Part shown: positions 1-8,940 of the stretch, piece after piece | How the letters are laid out: each line of letters begins with the position of its first letter | How positions within the stretch are numbered: the stretch's first letter is position 1 | IMG/VR virus record: IMGVR_UViG_3300032237_000992 | Location: 1 to 53,997 of that record | From: a virus | Taxonomy: Duplodnaviria > Caudoviricetes | Reading direction: 5' to 3' (one strand) | Length of the DNA stretch: 53,997 bases | The notes under the pieces: model-generated | Seen by the model: the letters and a program-made list of their open reading frames with translations, nothing else | Database searches by the model: none | Told to the model about the DNA's origin: nothing | Translations under genes and position numbers: made by a program

Positions 1-291
1 AACCTTTTTGGTGCTAACCTTGTGGGTGCTAACCTTCAGAGTGCTAACCTTTTTGGTGCTAACCTTGTGAGTGCTGACCTTGAGGGTGCTAACCTTGAGG
101 GTGCTAACCTTCAGAGTGCTAACCTTTTGGGTGCTGACCTTGTGGGTGCTTACCTTGTGGGTGCTGACCTAACTGGAACTATTCTTGAGAAGAAGATAGA
201 AGAATCTCAGGATGATAAATCCCGGATTAAAGCACTTGAGGAAGAACTTAAGAAATATAAAGATACACTTAAGGCACTCCTAGACACTTGA
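1..291 (+). CDS. Pentapeptide-repeat protein (5' truncated by window)
   Basis: Frame open from base 1; tandem A(N/D)LxG/S pentapeptides (15-nt repeats like gctaaccttgagggt) followed by a coiled-coil-like C-terminus. Confidence 0.9.
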   Translation, partial: NLFGANLVGANLQSANLFGANLVSADLEGANLEGANLQSANLLGADLVGAYLVGADLTGTILEKKIEESQDDKSRIKALEEELKKYKDTLKALLDT

Positions 292-338
292 AGAACCGGC
301 ACACTGAGCACTCCTGAGGGTCTTGGGGGTGCTATAAT
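281..338 (+). promoter_or_regulatory. Early-type module: palindrome + hairpin + -10 box
   Basis: tagacact-tgaaga-accggcac (281-302) overlaps the upstream stop; TATAAT at 333-338. Confidence 0.75.
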
Positions 339-359
339 GTCCTTATACGCAACAGACAA

Positions 360-653
360 ATGCCAATCGTATTTAACTTCGTAAAAAAAGGTGTCTTTGA
401 CTTACCAGAAACTGACTGGTGGGGATTTGACCCAGAAGATAGTATTGAAATTCAACCTCATTGGACTATGGCACATATTTCTGTAGAAATGGGATTGTTT
501 TCTTCTGCCAGTCAAGCAAGAAAAAACGGGTGGGATGGACCCATTCCTCACGGATTTACAGAAATGGCGAGACTTGGTAAAATGAAAAAAAGATTGTTTA
601 TTCACAATCCATCTGACGAATTCATCAACGACCCAGAGTGGGGGAAAGACTAA
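360..653 (+). CDS. Hypothetical protein, weak S4-like motif
   Basis: ORF directly after promoter; MAHISVEMGLFSSASQARK resembles the S4-domain helix motif. Confidence 0.6.
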   Translation: MPIVFNFVKKGVFDLPETDWWGFDPEDSIEIQPHWTMAHISVEMGLFSSASQARKNGWDGPIPHGFTEMARLGKMKKRLFIHNPSDEFINDPEWGKD

Positions 654-811
654 TGTTTTATAATTTTTGGTACAGTCTTAGAGACGGATTTTTGCTGATG
701 ATTGTGATTGCATTTGGTGCATTGATTGTTCCGTCTTCTGCTGTTTTGGGTCTTCATCTGATGACTAAACTTGTTCCACAACTTGTACCTGCTTGTGAGG
801 TGAGGAAATGA
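653..811 (+). CDS. Small hypothetical membrane peptide
   Basis: Manually translated 52-aa ORF with hydrophobic core, overlapping both neighbours. Confidence 0.5.
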   Translation: MFYNFWYSLRDGFLLMIVIAFGALIVPSSAVLGLHLMTKLVPQLVPACEVRK

Positions 812-1101
812 CACAATGTCCTGGTGAATGCTACGATGAGTTCTGGGAGTATGCTGATAGGGATAATGAACCCACAATCAACATAGATGAACTAACCAAA
901 GACAAAGTATGGAACGGTAAGACTTGGGTGGAACAGACCACTCAATACCGTATTGATTACTATTATAAGAATGACCTAGAACGGCGTTGGCAGCATCATA
1001 AGACGATGCACCAAGCAATTGCTGCTGCTAATATGCTGATTGCAAAGGGTGACTATCATATTGAGAGTATCACTACCGAACAACTTCCTATTGGTGAATA
1101 A
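808..1101 (+). CDS. Hypothetical protein
   Basis: ORF track; tight packing with neighbours. Confidence 0.6.
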   Translation: MTQCPGECYDEFWEYADRDNEPTINIDELTKDKVWNGKTWVEQTTQYRIDYYYKNDLERRWQHHKTMHQAIAAANMLIAKGDYHIESITTEQLPIGE

Positions 1102-1367
1102 TGGATTATAAAGAACTGGAAACTTATAAGTTCTCCGTGAAAGAACTTGAAACTGAGTTTGAGACTTTTACAGTTCTTCATCCTTATGAGAAGACTGTTT
1201 ATGATATTGTAGAAGAAGCAGCACGATTGTTTTATTATGGTAAAAGTGGATGGAGCACTGGTTGGCCTTTGACCTTTATGGTTCATACAAATAATGACAT
1301 TTCTGTTGCAAAGGCATCGGTTTTTATTCTTTCGTCTAAACCAAAGTTTGATGTTGTTTTAATTTAA
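1101..1367 (+). CDS. Hypothetical protein
   Basis: ORF track; TAATG stop/start overlap. Confidence 0.65.
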   Translation: MDYKELETYKFSVKELETEFETFTVLHPYEKTVYDIVEEAARLFYYGKSGWSTGWPLTFMVHTNNDISVAKASVFILSSKPKFDVVLI

Positions 1368-1379
1368 CGGAGAAGTATT

Positions 1380-1772
1380 ATGTTTTCAAGACACATTTCA
1401 GGAACAGAAAAGAATAAACCCAAGATGTCGTGGTTTGACTATGTGTTTCAGCATCTCATTCCAACTGGATTTAAGTCATTTGGAGACAATTTTAGAATGT
1501 GGGCAGATTTGATGACTGGAAATTATGATAACTATGCACTTCTTAAAGATGATGACCCTTTTGAGGAATGTAGAAGTTGGTTTTTTACTTCTATCAATCT
1601 TGATGAAACTTACCCTAAGGAATTCTTAGAATATCTGATGCAAATGGTGGAGGATATTGACTCTGGTAAAGTAGAGACTGTACCCTTTACAAGAGATATG
1701 TTTGATGAACTTAAGGATTTGGTTGGAGACTTGATAGACGATCCTGAAAGTGGCACATCAGACTCCCACTGA
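1380..1772 (+). CDS. Hypothetical protein
   Basis: ORF track; GGAG upstream; 3' end contains a palindrome site. Confidence 0.65.
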   Translation: MFSRHISGTEKNKPKMSWFDYVFQHLIPTGFKSFGDNFRMWADLMTGNYDNYALLKDDDPFEECRSWFFTSINLDETYPKEFLEYLMQMVEDIDSGKVETVPFTRDMFDELKDLVGDLIDDPESGTSDSH

Positions 1773-1792
1773 CCCCATATTCCTGTTATATT
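1735..1792 (+). promoter_or_regulatory. Early-type module
   Basis: tagacgat-cctgaa-agtggcac (1735-1756); TG-n-TATATT at 1787. Confidence 0.65.
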
Positions 1793-1814
1793 ACTTCTGT
1801 TGAGCGAGGTTCTT

Positions 1815-2024
1815 ATGAACTATCTTGTAATGGCGTTCCGCCTTGGGACGAATGAATACTTCTTTCCCGTAGGTATCTTTGATGATAAGGATGCTGCAAT
1901 CAAAGCAGCAAAGGATCATCGCATGTATCGTGGAGGAAAGTACGATCACAAACTCTACTACATCACTCCTGGGCAGGAGTATGATGCAAACGAGTGCAAA
2001 TGGGAATGGATCACTGGACAGTAA
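1815..2024 (+). CDS. Hypothetical protein
   Basis: ATG at 1815 after GAGG, downstream of promoter. Confidence 0.65.
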   Translation: MNYLVMAFRLGTNEYFFPVGIFDDKDAAIKAAKDHRMYRGGKYDHKLYYITPGQEYDANECKWEWITGQ

Positions 2025-2026
2025 TT

Positions 2027-2197
2027 ATGGACAGCATTACTCGGAAAACTGAGATTCGTTGGATCAATCCTAATTGGGTTGTCAATGTTCTTATTATGAA
2101 AGAAAATACAATAGGAGGAAACTATTGGCAAATTACAAAAACTGAAATGTTCAAGTCAGAAGAAAAAGCAATCAAGTTTGCCAGTAAATACATATGA
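2027..2197 (+). CDS. Hypothetical protein
   Basis: ORF track, start adjusted to ATG 2027. Confidence 0.55.
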   Translation: MDSITRKTEIRWINPNWVVNVLIMKENTIGGNYWQITKTEMFKSEEKAIKFASKYI

Positions 2198-2312
2198 ATA
2201 ATGAAATTGGTCCTACAAAGATTTCCAGAAAAATGTTCTATTCTTTGGGCGGATTCTCTAATCCAAATCTTTATAGAAAATCTTGCGGAAAATCTTATAG
2301 TTACTGGATGAG

Positions 2313-2371
2313 GTGACACTTCAGTAACTGACACAAGGGCACCTCACACTCCTCCCATTCCCTGTTATACT
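2313..2371 (+). promoter_or_regulatory. Early-type module
   Basis: gtgacact-tcagta-actgacac (2313-2334); TG-n-TATACT at 2366. Confidence 0.75.
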
Positions 2372-2697
2372 AACATTGTTCTGAAGCACACTCATGAAAC
2401 TCACTTCCAAGGTTGAACACGAATTCACCATCAAACTGAATCTTGAAGAAGCAAAAGACCTTCAGGATATTCTTGCTCGTAATGGTGGATATACTGGAAA
2501 AATGTGCTACTTGTATGATGCACTACTCATTGAATTTCACAATCTTAATCTTCCTTACTCCTCATGAACATGAAACCAAAGCGTTATTTCTTCTACGATG
2601 AGTTTGGTGCATGGTACAAGGTGATTGCATCTTGCCTTGCTGCTGCCACTGCTCAACTTCCTTCTGACTTTCACTACGATTACTACGAGGTTCACAA

Positions 2698-2907
2698 ATG
2701 AAGGAGTTTTACGATTACGTTCTTTCTTTCTACGGCAAAGGCGGCATCTATCCTATGGGTGCTAATCTAACTCAAATTAGAAGCGCAACTTCTACTCACA
2801 AAAAAATTCTCAACCTTCAAGGTCATGAGTTTCTTGGTGATAGTTATGATCGTGAATGTGTTCGGGATCTTCTGATTTCCAAGTACCAACTTCAATTCAT
2901 CAAGTAA
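2698..2907 (+). CDS. Hypothetical protein
   Basis: ORF track; GAGG upstream. Confidence 0.65.
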   Translation: MKEFYDYVLSFYGKGGIYPMGANLTQIRSATSTHKKILNLQGHEFLGDSYDRECVRDLLISKYQLQFIK

Positions 2908-2909
2908 TT

Positions 2910-3113
2910 ATGACACTTTCTGCAAAAACATTTCAAAATCTTGCTTCTGCTCTGAAGGAAGAAGTGATTGATTATATTCATAAGGACGAGCGTTATGTTC
3001 TCTTTATGCAAGAAATCATTCCTGATGCAATTCGGGAAAAACTGGGCAATATGGATGAAGAGGTTCTTTATGAACTCTCATGCTGTGTTATGGATTCGAT
3101 GTGTCTTCGGTGA
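2910..3113 (+). CDS. Hypothetical protein
   Basis: ORF track, start adjusted to ATG 2910. Confidence 0.65.
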   Translation: MTLSAKTFQNLASALKEEVIDYIHKDERYVLFMQEIIPDAIREKLGNMDEEVLYELSCCVMDSMCLR

Positions 3114-3118
3114 TAATT

Positions 3119-3388
3119 ATGAAACAATATCGTATCGTATCCCGCCCATCACACTTAAGTTCAGATACTGTCTGGTATCATGCTCAGTATAAGTTTCTCA
3201 ATCTCTTCTGGACTGATTGTGAACCTGACCCATGTTGTCATGGATATCCATGCTCTACTGATTTGTCTGATGTAGAGTTGTTTATTGATTACAAAATACG
3301 GCATGAAAATTCATCTGAAGATTTCATCAAAGAACCTTTACGCGATCTCTCTCAGAAAGTAATTAGAACTTATAATGGAGACAATTAA
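3119..3388 (+). CDS. Hypothetical protein
   Basis: ORF track, start adjusted to ATG 3119. Confidence 0.55.
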   Translation: MKQYRIVSRPSHLSSDTVWYHAQYKFLNLFWTDCEPDPCCHGYPCSTDLSDVELFIDYKIRHENSSEDFIKEPLRDLSQKVIRTYNGDN

Positions 3389-3593
3389 ACGAATTATTCG
3401 GGGCTGTGGCTCCAATCCCAGCACCGACTACCTTGTGGCTTTCATTCTGCTGGGGGCTCTGGCAGGCACCAATGGCGCCCTCTCAGGCCCTCTCACGGGC
3501 ATGAGCATAGCAACCCTCCTAGCAGGGCCAGCATACCTTCTAGGGGCATATGAGCGGGCTGTGGAGGCCGAAGGAAAGCACAGGGACAATTGA
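3375..3593 (+). CDS. Small two-TM membrane protein (paralogue of 8341-8640)
   Basis: Two hydrophobic segments; shared CG..P.T..L.AF.L.G.LAG...P.YL.G.Y(D/E)R pattern. Confidence 0.65.
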   Translation: METIKRIIRGCGSNPSTDYLVAFILLGALAGTNGALSGPLTGMSIATLLAGPAYLLGAYERAVEAEGKHRDN

Positions 3594-3640
3594 ACCACTG
3601 GCACAAGACGCCACACAGCACTCTACCTGTGCTCTATACT
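3583..3640 (+). promoter_or_regulatory. Early-type module
   Basis: gggacaat-tgaacc-actggcac (3583-3604) contains the stop of 3375-3593; TATACT at 3635. Confidence 0.75.
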
Positions 3641-3663
3641 ATGTAAGTCATCAATCAATCATC

Positions 3664-3885
3664 ATGATTTTCAACGCTTACGAATTCTGTGACCAAGTTA
3701 ATCGTGATTTTCTGAAAGGAAATCATCATCAACGCTATGGTCAGTTTCTGATGAATCAACTTCATGAGAATTGTCATGAACTGTATTTGGAAGTTCCTGA
3801 AGAAGCTGATTGTTTCTACGACAACAGAAAGTGTGATGAATTTTTGCGCTGGATTTATTCTATCAACGAACTGGAGATCAAATGA
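3664..3885 (+). CDS. Hypothetical protein
   Basis: ATG 3664 after promoter. Confidence 0.65.
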   Translation: MIFNAYEFCDQVNRDFLKGNHHQRYGQFLMNQLHENCHELYLEVPEEADCFYDNRKCDEFLRWIYSINELEIK

Positions 3886-4064
3886 GTAAAGCAACTAACG
3901 AAGAAGAATTCCCTTACGATACTCTTCCTTGGAAACTTGTCGTCAAGGAAAAGGAAGGTATCCGAAAGTGTTTCTTTCAAACAGAGGAACACCGAACAAA
4001 ACATATTGAGCGTTATAATCTCAAGAAGAAAGACATTACACTGAGCTACAAATATGAAATCTGA
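3882..4064 (+). CDS. Hypothetical protein
   Basis: ORF track; ATGA overlap. Confidence 0.65.
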   Translation: MSKATNEEEFPYDTLPWKLVVKEKEGIRKCFFQTEEHRTKHIERYNLKKKDITLSYKYEI

Positions 4065-4266
4065 ATTGATTGATGGATGTTTCTATGTTGAACAGAAAGA
4101 GTGGGGAACATGGAATTCCTATGATACAGATGGAACTCCCCTTGTCACTTCTTTCACTAGGGAAGAATGCATCTCTGCAACCCATTTTTATTTGAAACAA
4201 AAATATGAAAATTCAATTGATGAGCATGTAAAAACTTATAGTGCAAGCGTTGATTATAAGCTCTAA
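4054..4266 (+). CDS. Hypothetical protein
   Basis: ORF track. Confidence 0.65.
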   Translation: MKSELIDGCFYVEQKEWGTWNSYDTDGTPLVTSFTREECISATHFYLKQKYENSIDEHVKTYSASVDYKL

Positions 4267-4475
4267 ATAATAATGCCTTAACTGGTCGTGCTTTTGTTGA
4301 TTAATTTTAGAAAAATTGTGGGGTATTGTAACCCCGAATATCCCGCTTTAGATCCAACCACAAGTTTTTATGAGTTTCTCTCATATCAGGAGTGTTGCTG
4401 GTCTTTGGGCAGACCTGTTTACATTCGCAGCTTTATGCGATATAATGCTTATCTAAGAGAGATTGGAGTAATCAA

Positions 4476-4712
4476 ATGATTAAGTTTATCAAATGGTTCT
4501 TTTCAACAAATCATGTTCCAATCGTAGAAGAGCATATTGATTTTTATCAGAAATTTGTGGAACTTGAAGAACAGTATCAGGGCTTACTGCAGGATGTTCG
4601 CAGACTGGAGGAAGAGAATATTGAGAACACTAATCTCATCTATGAACTGACGCATTCTATTGATGCTGTAGATCGTCGTATAGATATACTTGCAAACGAA
4701 TGGAGTAAATGA
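4476..4712 (+). CDS. Hypothetical coiled-coil protein
   Basis: ORF track; heptad pattern. Confidence 0.65.
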   Translation: MIKFIKWFFSTNHVPIVEEHIDFYQKFVELEEQYQGLLQDVRRLEEENIENTNLIYELTHSIDAVDRRIDILANEWSK

Positions 4713-4716
4713 AATC

Positions 4717-4908
4717 ATGTACGAAAACTTAGACACTTTTGAAAAAGCACTATCTTACTTTGGCACCAGAGTAGAAATCATTTGTGCGATGGAAATGGGT
4801 GGTAAAATTGATTCCGAAACTGCCTATAAAAATATTAAAGCTGAGCTTAAAGAACTTAAGCATATCAGAAAAAAGTATAAGAAAGACGAAGTAAATGAAA
4901 CTTTATGA
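4717..4908 (+). CDS. Hypothetical protein resembling a small cyanobacterial family
   Basis: FGTRVEIICAMEMGGKIDSETAYKNIK resembles the cyanobacterial F..RV..I..LE.GGK.S.EEAY..IK motif. Confidence 0.6.
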   Translation: MYENLDTFEKALSYFGTRVEIICAMEMGGKIDSETAYKNIKAELKELKHIRKKYKKDEVNETL

Positions 4909-5087
4909 GTTCAACAAATCAAAACCAAGAGATTGACACCTTTAAAATTATCAGAAATGATGATGGCTCATTTTCTGCAGAATGGGATCCGAACGATCCA
5001 AAGTGGAGTTTCCTGAATGGCTTGACATCTAAGGAGCTTCAGATTATACTGAAACAAGCAATTGAGGACTTTGAAAATGACAACTGA
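4905..5087 (+). CDS. Hypothetical protein
   Basis: ORF track; ATGA overlap. Confidence 0.65.
   Translation: MSSTNQNQEIDTFKIIRNDDGSFSAEWDPNDPKWSFLNGLTSKELQIILKQAIEDFENDN
5022..5050 (+). promoter_or_regulatory. Host-like sigma70 promoter
   Basis: TTGACA-17bp-TATACT. Confidence 0.75.
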
Positions 5088-5394
5088 TTATAAGAATTAT
5101 TCTCTTGAGAATTTCAAGAACTGGCTTTTTGATTGTTTAGGCGCTGGTGAAGCAACTCCAGAGGAAGTTTATGATGCAATCAAAGAGGTTGTAACAGAAC
5201 AAAATCTGTATTATAAGGATGGAGCAGAAAAAACAGATAAGCTCCTTCGCCTTCTGAATGGTAAGCCTTCTGTCTTTAATAATACTACATTTGCAAATTA
5301 TCATGACAATATGAATAATGTTCAATTTTATCAGACTTCGCTAAAGTTTCCAGAAATGGAATCGGATACAATTACATTTACAAAAGCAAACTAA
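5077..5394 (+). CDS. Hypothetical protein
   Basis: ATG 5077 after GAGG and sigma70 promoter. Confidence 0.65.
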   Translation: MTTDYKNYSLENFKNWLFDCLGAGEATPEEVYDAIKEVVTEQNLYYKDGAEKTDKLLRLLNGKPSVFNNTTFANYHDNMNNVQFYQTSLKFPEMESDTITFTKAN

Positions 5395-5396
5395 TT

Positions 5397-5627
5397 ATGG
5401 CACTCTCAAAATCAGTTGAAGAAAGTTTGAAAGAAGCGGAATCTGCCCTACGTAATGCACTCTCTTATGCAGCACGACAGGAAAGAGCTTTTGTTTGTGG
5501 TGGAATTGCTGACATGATTACCAAGATTGACGGTCTCATTCATGCAGATGCTTTTCTGGACAAATTGGAAAATCGTAAGTTTGGGGACAAAGGCTCTTGG
5601 GATGCGTTCTTTACAGACACTCCTTGA
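5397..5627 (+). CDS. Hypothetical protein
   Basis: ORF track. Confidence 0.65.
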   Translation: MALSKSVEESLKEAESALRNALSYAARQERAFVCGGIADMITKIDGLIHADAFLDKLENRKFGDKGSWDAFFTDTP

Positions 5628-5724
5628 CAATTAAGATTTGTAACACAATCCCAAAGAAAACATTAAATTTCTACATAAAATAAGGAGAAATGTGTTAAAA
5701 TCCTGACAAACACATGAATAACTA

Positions 5725-5922
5725 ATGACGCTTGCAAGAACAGGAACCGAACAACTTACGGTGGAAGAAAGAAATGAACTTGATGCCTTGAGAAAAGCTA
5801 TCAACTATGCTCCTCATACAGTTTCTCCACAAAAAATGGAGAAGTTTAGTGATCTTTTGGTAAGATCTCTTTTGGGTAAGGGAGATTCTCTTGTTATCAG
5901 AGAAACTCCAACCAACTACTAA
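5725..5922 (+). CDS. Hypothetical protein
   Basis: ORF track. Confidence 0.6.
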   Translation: MTLARTGTEQLTVEERNELDALRKAINYAPHTVSPQKMEKFSDLLVRSLLGKGDSLVIRETPTNY

Positions 5923-5946
5923 ATAATGCAATTAATTTTCAGTCCT

Positions 5947-6159
5947 ATGGACAACATTCAACAACATATTGAACATGATAAAAAAATCCTTGATGATCCT
6001 ATGATTTCACCACAAACCCGTCGTCATACTGCTGAAGAACTTGAGCAGCTTGAATCATATCGTCAAAATCATCCAGAAGATGATCATGATCCAACACCAC
6101 TTGAACTTTACTGTGAACTACATCCTGATGCCCTAGAGTGTAGAATGTATGACGACTGA
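5947..6159 (+). CDS. cp12: CP12 Calvin-cycle inhibitor (auxiliary metabolic gene)
   Basis: C-terminal PLELYCELHPDALECRMYDD matches the CP12 C-terminal cysteine-pair motif typical of cyanophage CP12. Confidence 0.9.
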   Translation: MDNIQQHIEHDKKILDDPMISPQTRRHTAEELEQLESYRQNHPEDDHDPTPLELYCELHPDALECRMYDD

Positions 6160-6217
6160 GACCACTTTAAAGAGTGGCACAAGGGGTCTCCTGGTTGTCT
6201 GGGAGACCCCTTATAAT
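6159..6217 (+). promoter_or_regulatory. Early-type module
   Basis: agaccact-ttaaag-agtggcac (6159-6180); hairpin aaggggtctcc...ggagacccctt; TATAAT at 6212. Confidence 0.8.
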
Positions 6218-6240
6218 ATGTGAACATTCAGCAAATTCAA

Positions 6241-6828
6241 ATGACTGATTATCTAGACCGCAATCTCCTTCCGCTTATTTTTTCTATTAACCCAGCTGAT
6301 AATGATAGTGACATTATTCAATGTCTTGGGGGAGATGATGACATTGTTTCACAACAATCTCTGGTAATTAAATTTGGCATTAAAATGGAGGATTTTGGAA
6401 ATATAGTAATTTCTGATGTTACTAAAAATCTTCTTGAAGACAATAACTATGTGATTATTGATGGAAAAAAACGTCAAGTAGATCATCTTTTTGTTACAAA
6501 AGGAGGTGTTGTTTGTTACTGCGAAGCCAAATGTAGCTTTAAATTTGACAGTGAAAAAATAAAGGCTAGTAATGAAAAGGTTAAACTTCTAGCAGAAACT
6601 TTTGGGAATATTATGCCGCCTATTTATTTTACTCCTGTTAGAAGAGTACCAAGGAGGAGTGATATTTTGAAATTTCAAAAAGAGGGAATTATGGCTGGTG
6701 GTATGGAATGGCTTTCTGAACAAATTGATCTTCCTTTTTCTTTGGACGAATATTTTAATTATCTTAAAGATGTATGTGGTCCTATCATGGAAGAAAAAGG
6801 TTTAATTCTCAAAAATGCAAACAAATGA
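6241..6828 (+). CDS. Putative PD-(D/E)XK (restriction-type) endonuclease
   Basis: E..G...QVDHLF...YCEAK motif; translationally coupled to a DNA methylase. Confidence 0.55.
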   Translation: MTDYLDRNLLPLIFSINPADNDSDIIQCLGGDDDIVSQQSLVIKFGIKMEDFGNIVISDVTKNLLEDNNYVIIDGKKRQVDHLFVTKGGVVCYCEAKCSFKFDSEKIKASNEKVKLLAETFGNIMPPIYFTPVRRVPRRSDILKFQKEGIMAGGMEWLSEQIDLPFSLDEYFNYLKDVCGPIMEEKGLILKNANK

Positions 6829-7694
6829 TGTTAAAACCTATAATTAAGTATCAGGGAGGGAAATCTAAAGAACTCCCAATAATAAAACAGATGCTGACAT
6901 CACAGATCAATAGGGTTGTAGAACCCTTCTGTGGTGGTGCTGCTGTTTCATTTGGATTAGGACATTTCTCACTTATGAGTGACATTAATCGTGATGTCAT
7001 TAACTTATATTCTGTGGTTGCAAATGATACCCTTTATTCTAAGTTACAAAGGCGTGTGAATGAACTAAAATCATTAGATCACGATGATCTTGAAAAGGAA
7101 TACTATCAAGCAAGAGATATTATAAATCAAGACTTTAAAGATACATGTAATTATGATAAAGCCTTGTCATATGTAATTGTAAGACAGTTATGTTTCTCTG
7201 GAATGGAAAGGTATAATTCAAATGGAAAGTTTAATGTTCCATTTGGGCATTACAAACGCTTTTCCTGCAACTTATCTGCAGATCATCATAACTTTTTAAA
7301 AACCAAATGTGTTTTTAGGTATGGTTCTTTTGTGGATTTGTTTGATCAAATCAATCAAGATGATTTCATTTTTATTGATCCCCCATACTTAGAGCGTCTT
7401 GGTTATACTGAAGGTGATGGTGGTTTGAAGCTACATGAAGATCTTTTAAGTTGCTTGAAGGCAACATCCGCAAACTGGATGATCGTTCATTCTGATCATG
7501 AGTTTTATCGTGAGAATTACAAGGAGTTTAATATTATTGAAAAAGACTTTATGTATGCCCAAAGATTTGGCAAAAATAAAGACCATTCTGGAGCACAAGT
7601 ACAGCATCTTTATATCACAAATTACGAAACCACTGGGACACTTGGAGAACTGGCACAAGATGCTTCCAACCCCCTGCTGGATGCCCTATACTAA
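6825..7694 (+). CDS. Dam/D12-family N6-adenine DNA methyltransferase
   Basis: PIIKYQGGKS, EPFCGG (motif I), DIN, FNVPFG, DPPY (motif IV). Confidence 0.92.
   Translation: MMLKPIIKYQGGKSKELPIIKQMLTSQINRVVEPFCGGAAVSFGLGHFSLMSDINRDVINLYSVVANDTLYSKLQRRVNELKSLDHDDLEKEYYQARDIINQDFKDTCNYDKALSYVIVRQLCFSGMERYNSNGKFNVPFGHYKRFSCNLSADHHNFLKTKCVFRYGSFVDLFDQINQDDFIFIDPPYLERLGYTEGDGGLKLHEDLLSCLKATSANWMIVHSDHEFYRENYKEFNIIEKDFMYAQRFGKNKDHSGAQVQHLYITNYETTGTLGELAQDASNPLLDALY
7635..7692 (+). promoter_or_regulatory. Early-type module embedded in methylase 3' end
   Basis: gggacact-tggaga-actggcac (7635-7656); TATACT at 7687. Confidence 0.75.
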
Positions 7695-7715
7695 CGAAGT
7701 AGTCAAGAAACACAC

Positions 7716-8117
7716 ATGGCAACTCGCTCTCGCATCGGCATCCAACTCACCGATGGTTCTGTTCTTTCGGCCTATCATCATTGGGATTCGTATCCCGAAT
7801 GGCTTGGTAAAACTCTGAAAACTCATTACAACAGCAGGGAACTTGCCACCGAATTGATTGATGGTGGTAGTATGTCTTGCTGCTGGACTGAAGACCGCTG
7901 GGATGATAGTGCCGATGGTTCTTTTGGTCCTCAATACTACTCTCAGCGTGGTGAAGATTGCCCACCTCGCCATGATGATACTTTGAAAGAGTATCTGTCG
8001 AATGGTGAAGAGTATGCCTACATCTACACTCAAGATGATGAGTGGGTGTGCTATGATCTTCACGGCGACCTGCCTGAGCAGGTCGAAATCCCCTCTCCCC
8101 TTCTTCATGTAGGTTGA
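7716..8117 (+). CDS. Conserved phage hypothetical protein
   Basis: MATRSRIG...YHHWDSYPEWLG...EEYAYIY pattern common in phage early genes. Confidence 0.75.
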   Translation: MATRSRIGIQLTDGSVLSAYHHWDSYPEWLGKTLKTHYNSRELATELIDGGSMSCCWTEDRWDDSADGSFGPQYYSQRGEDCPPRHDDTLKEYLSNGEEYAYIYTQDDEWVCYDLHGDLPEQVEIPSPLLHVG

Positions 8118-8344
8118 TTATGGAAATCAATGAAACCCCTGTGACAATTGAATACACGATGGAAGAACATGAGCTTCTGAATGACATTCTAAATCTTGAA
8201 ATGGATGCTATGGATGTTGTTCTTTGTGGTGAAATGCACAGTCTTCCGAAAGATTGTCAAATTCGCATTCGCTATGAACTTCTGGAAGCTATGAGGCAGC
8301 GTTCGCTTCAACTTTGGTCTAATCGTTTTGGAGTGGAGTCTTGA
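8114..8344 (+). CDS. Hypothetical protein
   Basis: ORF track. Confidence 0.6.
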   Translation: MIMEINETPVTIEYTMEEHELLNDILNLEMDAMDVVLCGEMHSLPKDCQIRIRYELLEAMRQRSLQLWSNRFGVES

Positions 8345-8640
8345 TTCAAATTCTTCGTCGCACAATCAAAGGAATGGGTTATCTTGAATCCTGTGGGGAT
8401 CATCCTGGAACTGCTCTTTTAATCGCCTTTCTTCTTATGGGTGGACTTGCAGGATTGAATAAAAGCAATGATTTTATGGGATTTGTAAAAGGTGCAGCAT
8501 TCTGTAGTATTTTCATTGTTCCACTTTATCTGAATGGATGCTATGATCGTGGATTGATTGATGAAGTGGAACAACAAGAGAGGACACGCAAGCAACTGGC
8601 ACAAGGGTCTCCCACAAACGACCAAGAACCCCTATACTAA
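8341..8640 (+). CDS. Small two-TM membrane protein (paralogue of 3375-3593)
   Basis: Two hydrophobic segments; C-terminus runs through the next promoter module. Confidence 0.65.
   Translation: MIQILRRTIKGMGYLESCGDHPGTALLIAFLLMGGLAGLNKSNDFMGFVKGAAFCSIFIVPLYLNGCYDRGLIDEVEQQERTRKQLAQGSPTNDQEPLY
8581..8638 (+). promoter_or_regulatory. Early-type module
   Basis: aggacacg-caagca-actggcac (8581-8602); TATACT at 8633. Confidence 0.75.
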
Positions 8641-8659
8641 CAAGGTAATCAACAAAGAC

Positions 8660-8932
8660 ATGAAATTCTCTGAACTTGATTTTCAACCTCATCCTAATCC
8701 TAACTGGGATGGAGTGCAAGCAAAACACTTCTTTGGTAATGGATACGGTGTAAGTGTAATTAGAAGTTCTCATTCTTATGGTGGATCTGATGGACTTTAT
8801 GAACTTGCAGTGGTAAAATGAACTGAAGATGACTGGAACATCTGCTACGATACTCACATCACCGAAGATGTCCTAGGACATCAAACAGAAGAGCAGATTG
8901 AGTCTGTTCTGAATGAAATTGAAAAACTTTGA
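8660..8932 (+). pseudogene. Hypothetical gene interrupted by in-frame TGA (8819-8821)
   Basis: MKFSELDF...GLYELAVVK*TEDDWNICYDTHITEDVLGHQTEEQIESVLNEIEKL continues in frame to TGA 8930-8932. Confidence 0.65.
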
Positions 8933-8940
8933 GGTAAATT

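Noticed and set aside
1-170. 15-bp tandem DNA repeat as a regulatory or mobile element
   Set aside because: Fully explained by pentapeptide-repeat coding
8819-8821. Alternative genetic code (TGA reassigned)
   Set aside because: TGA terminates many well-defined genes in this window (e.g. cp12, gp6) and long genes are open under the standard code
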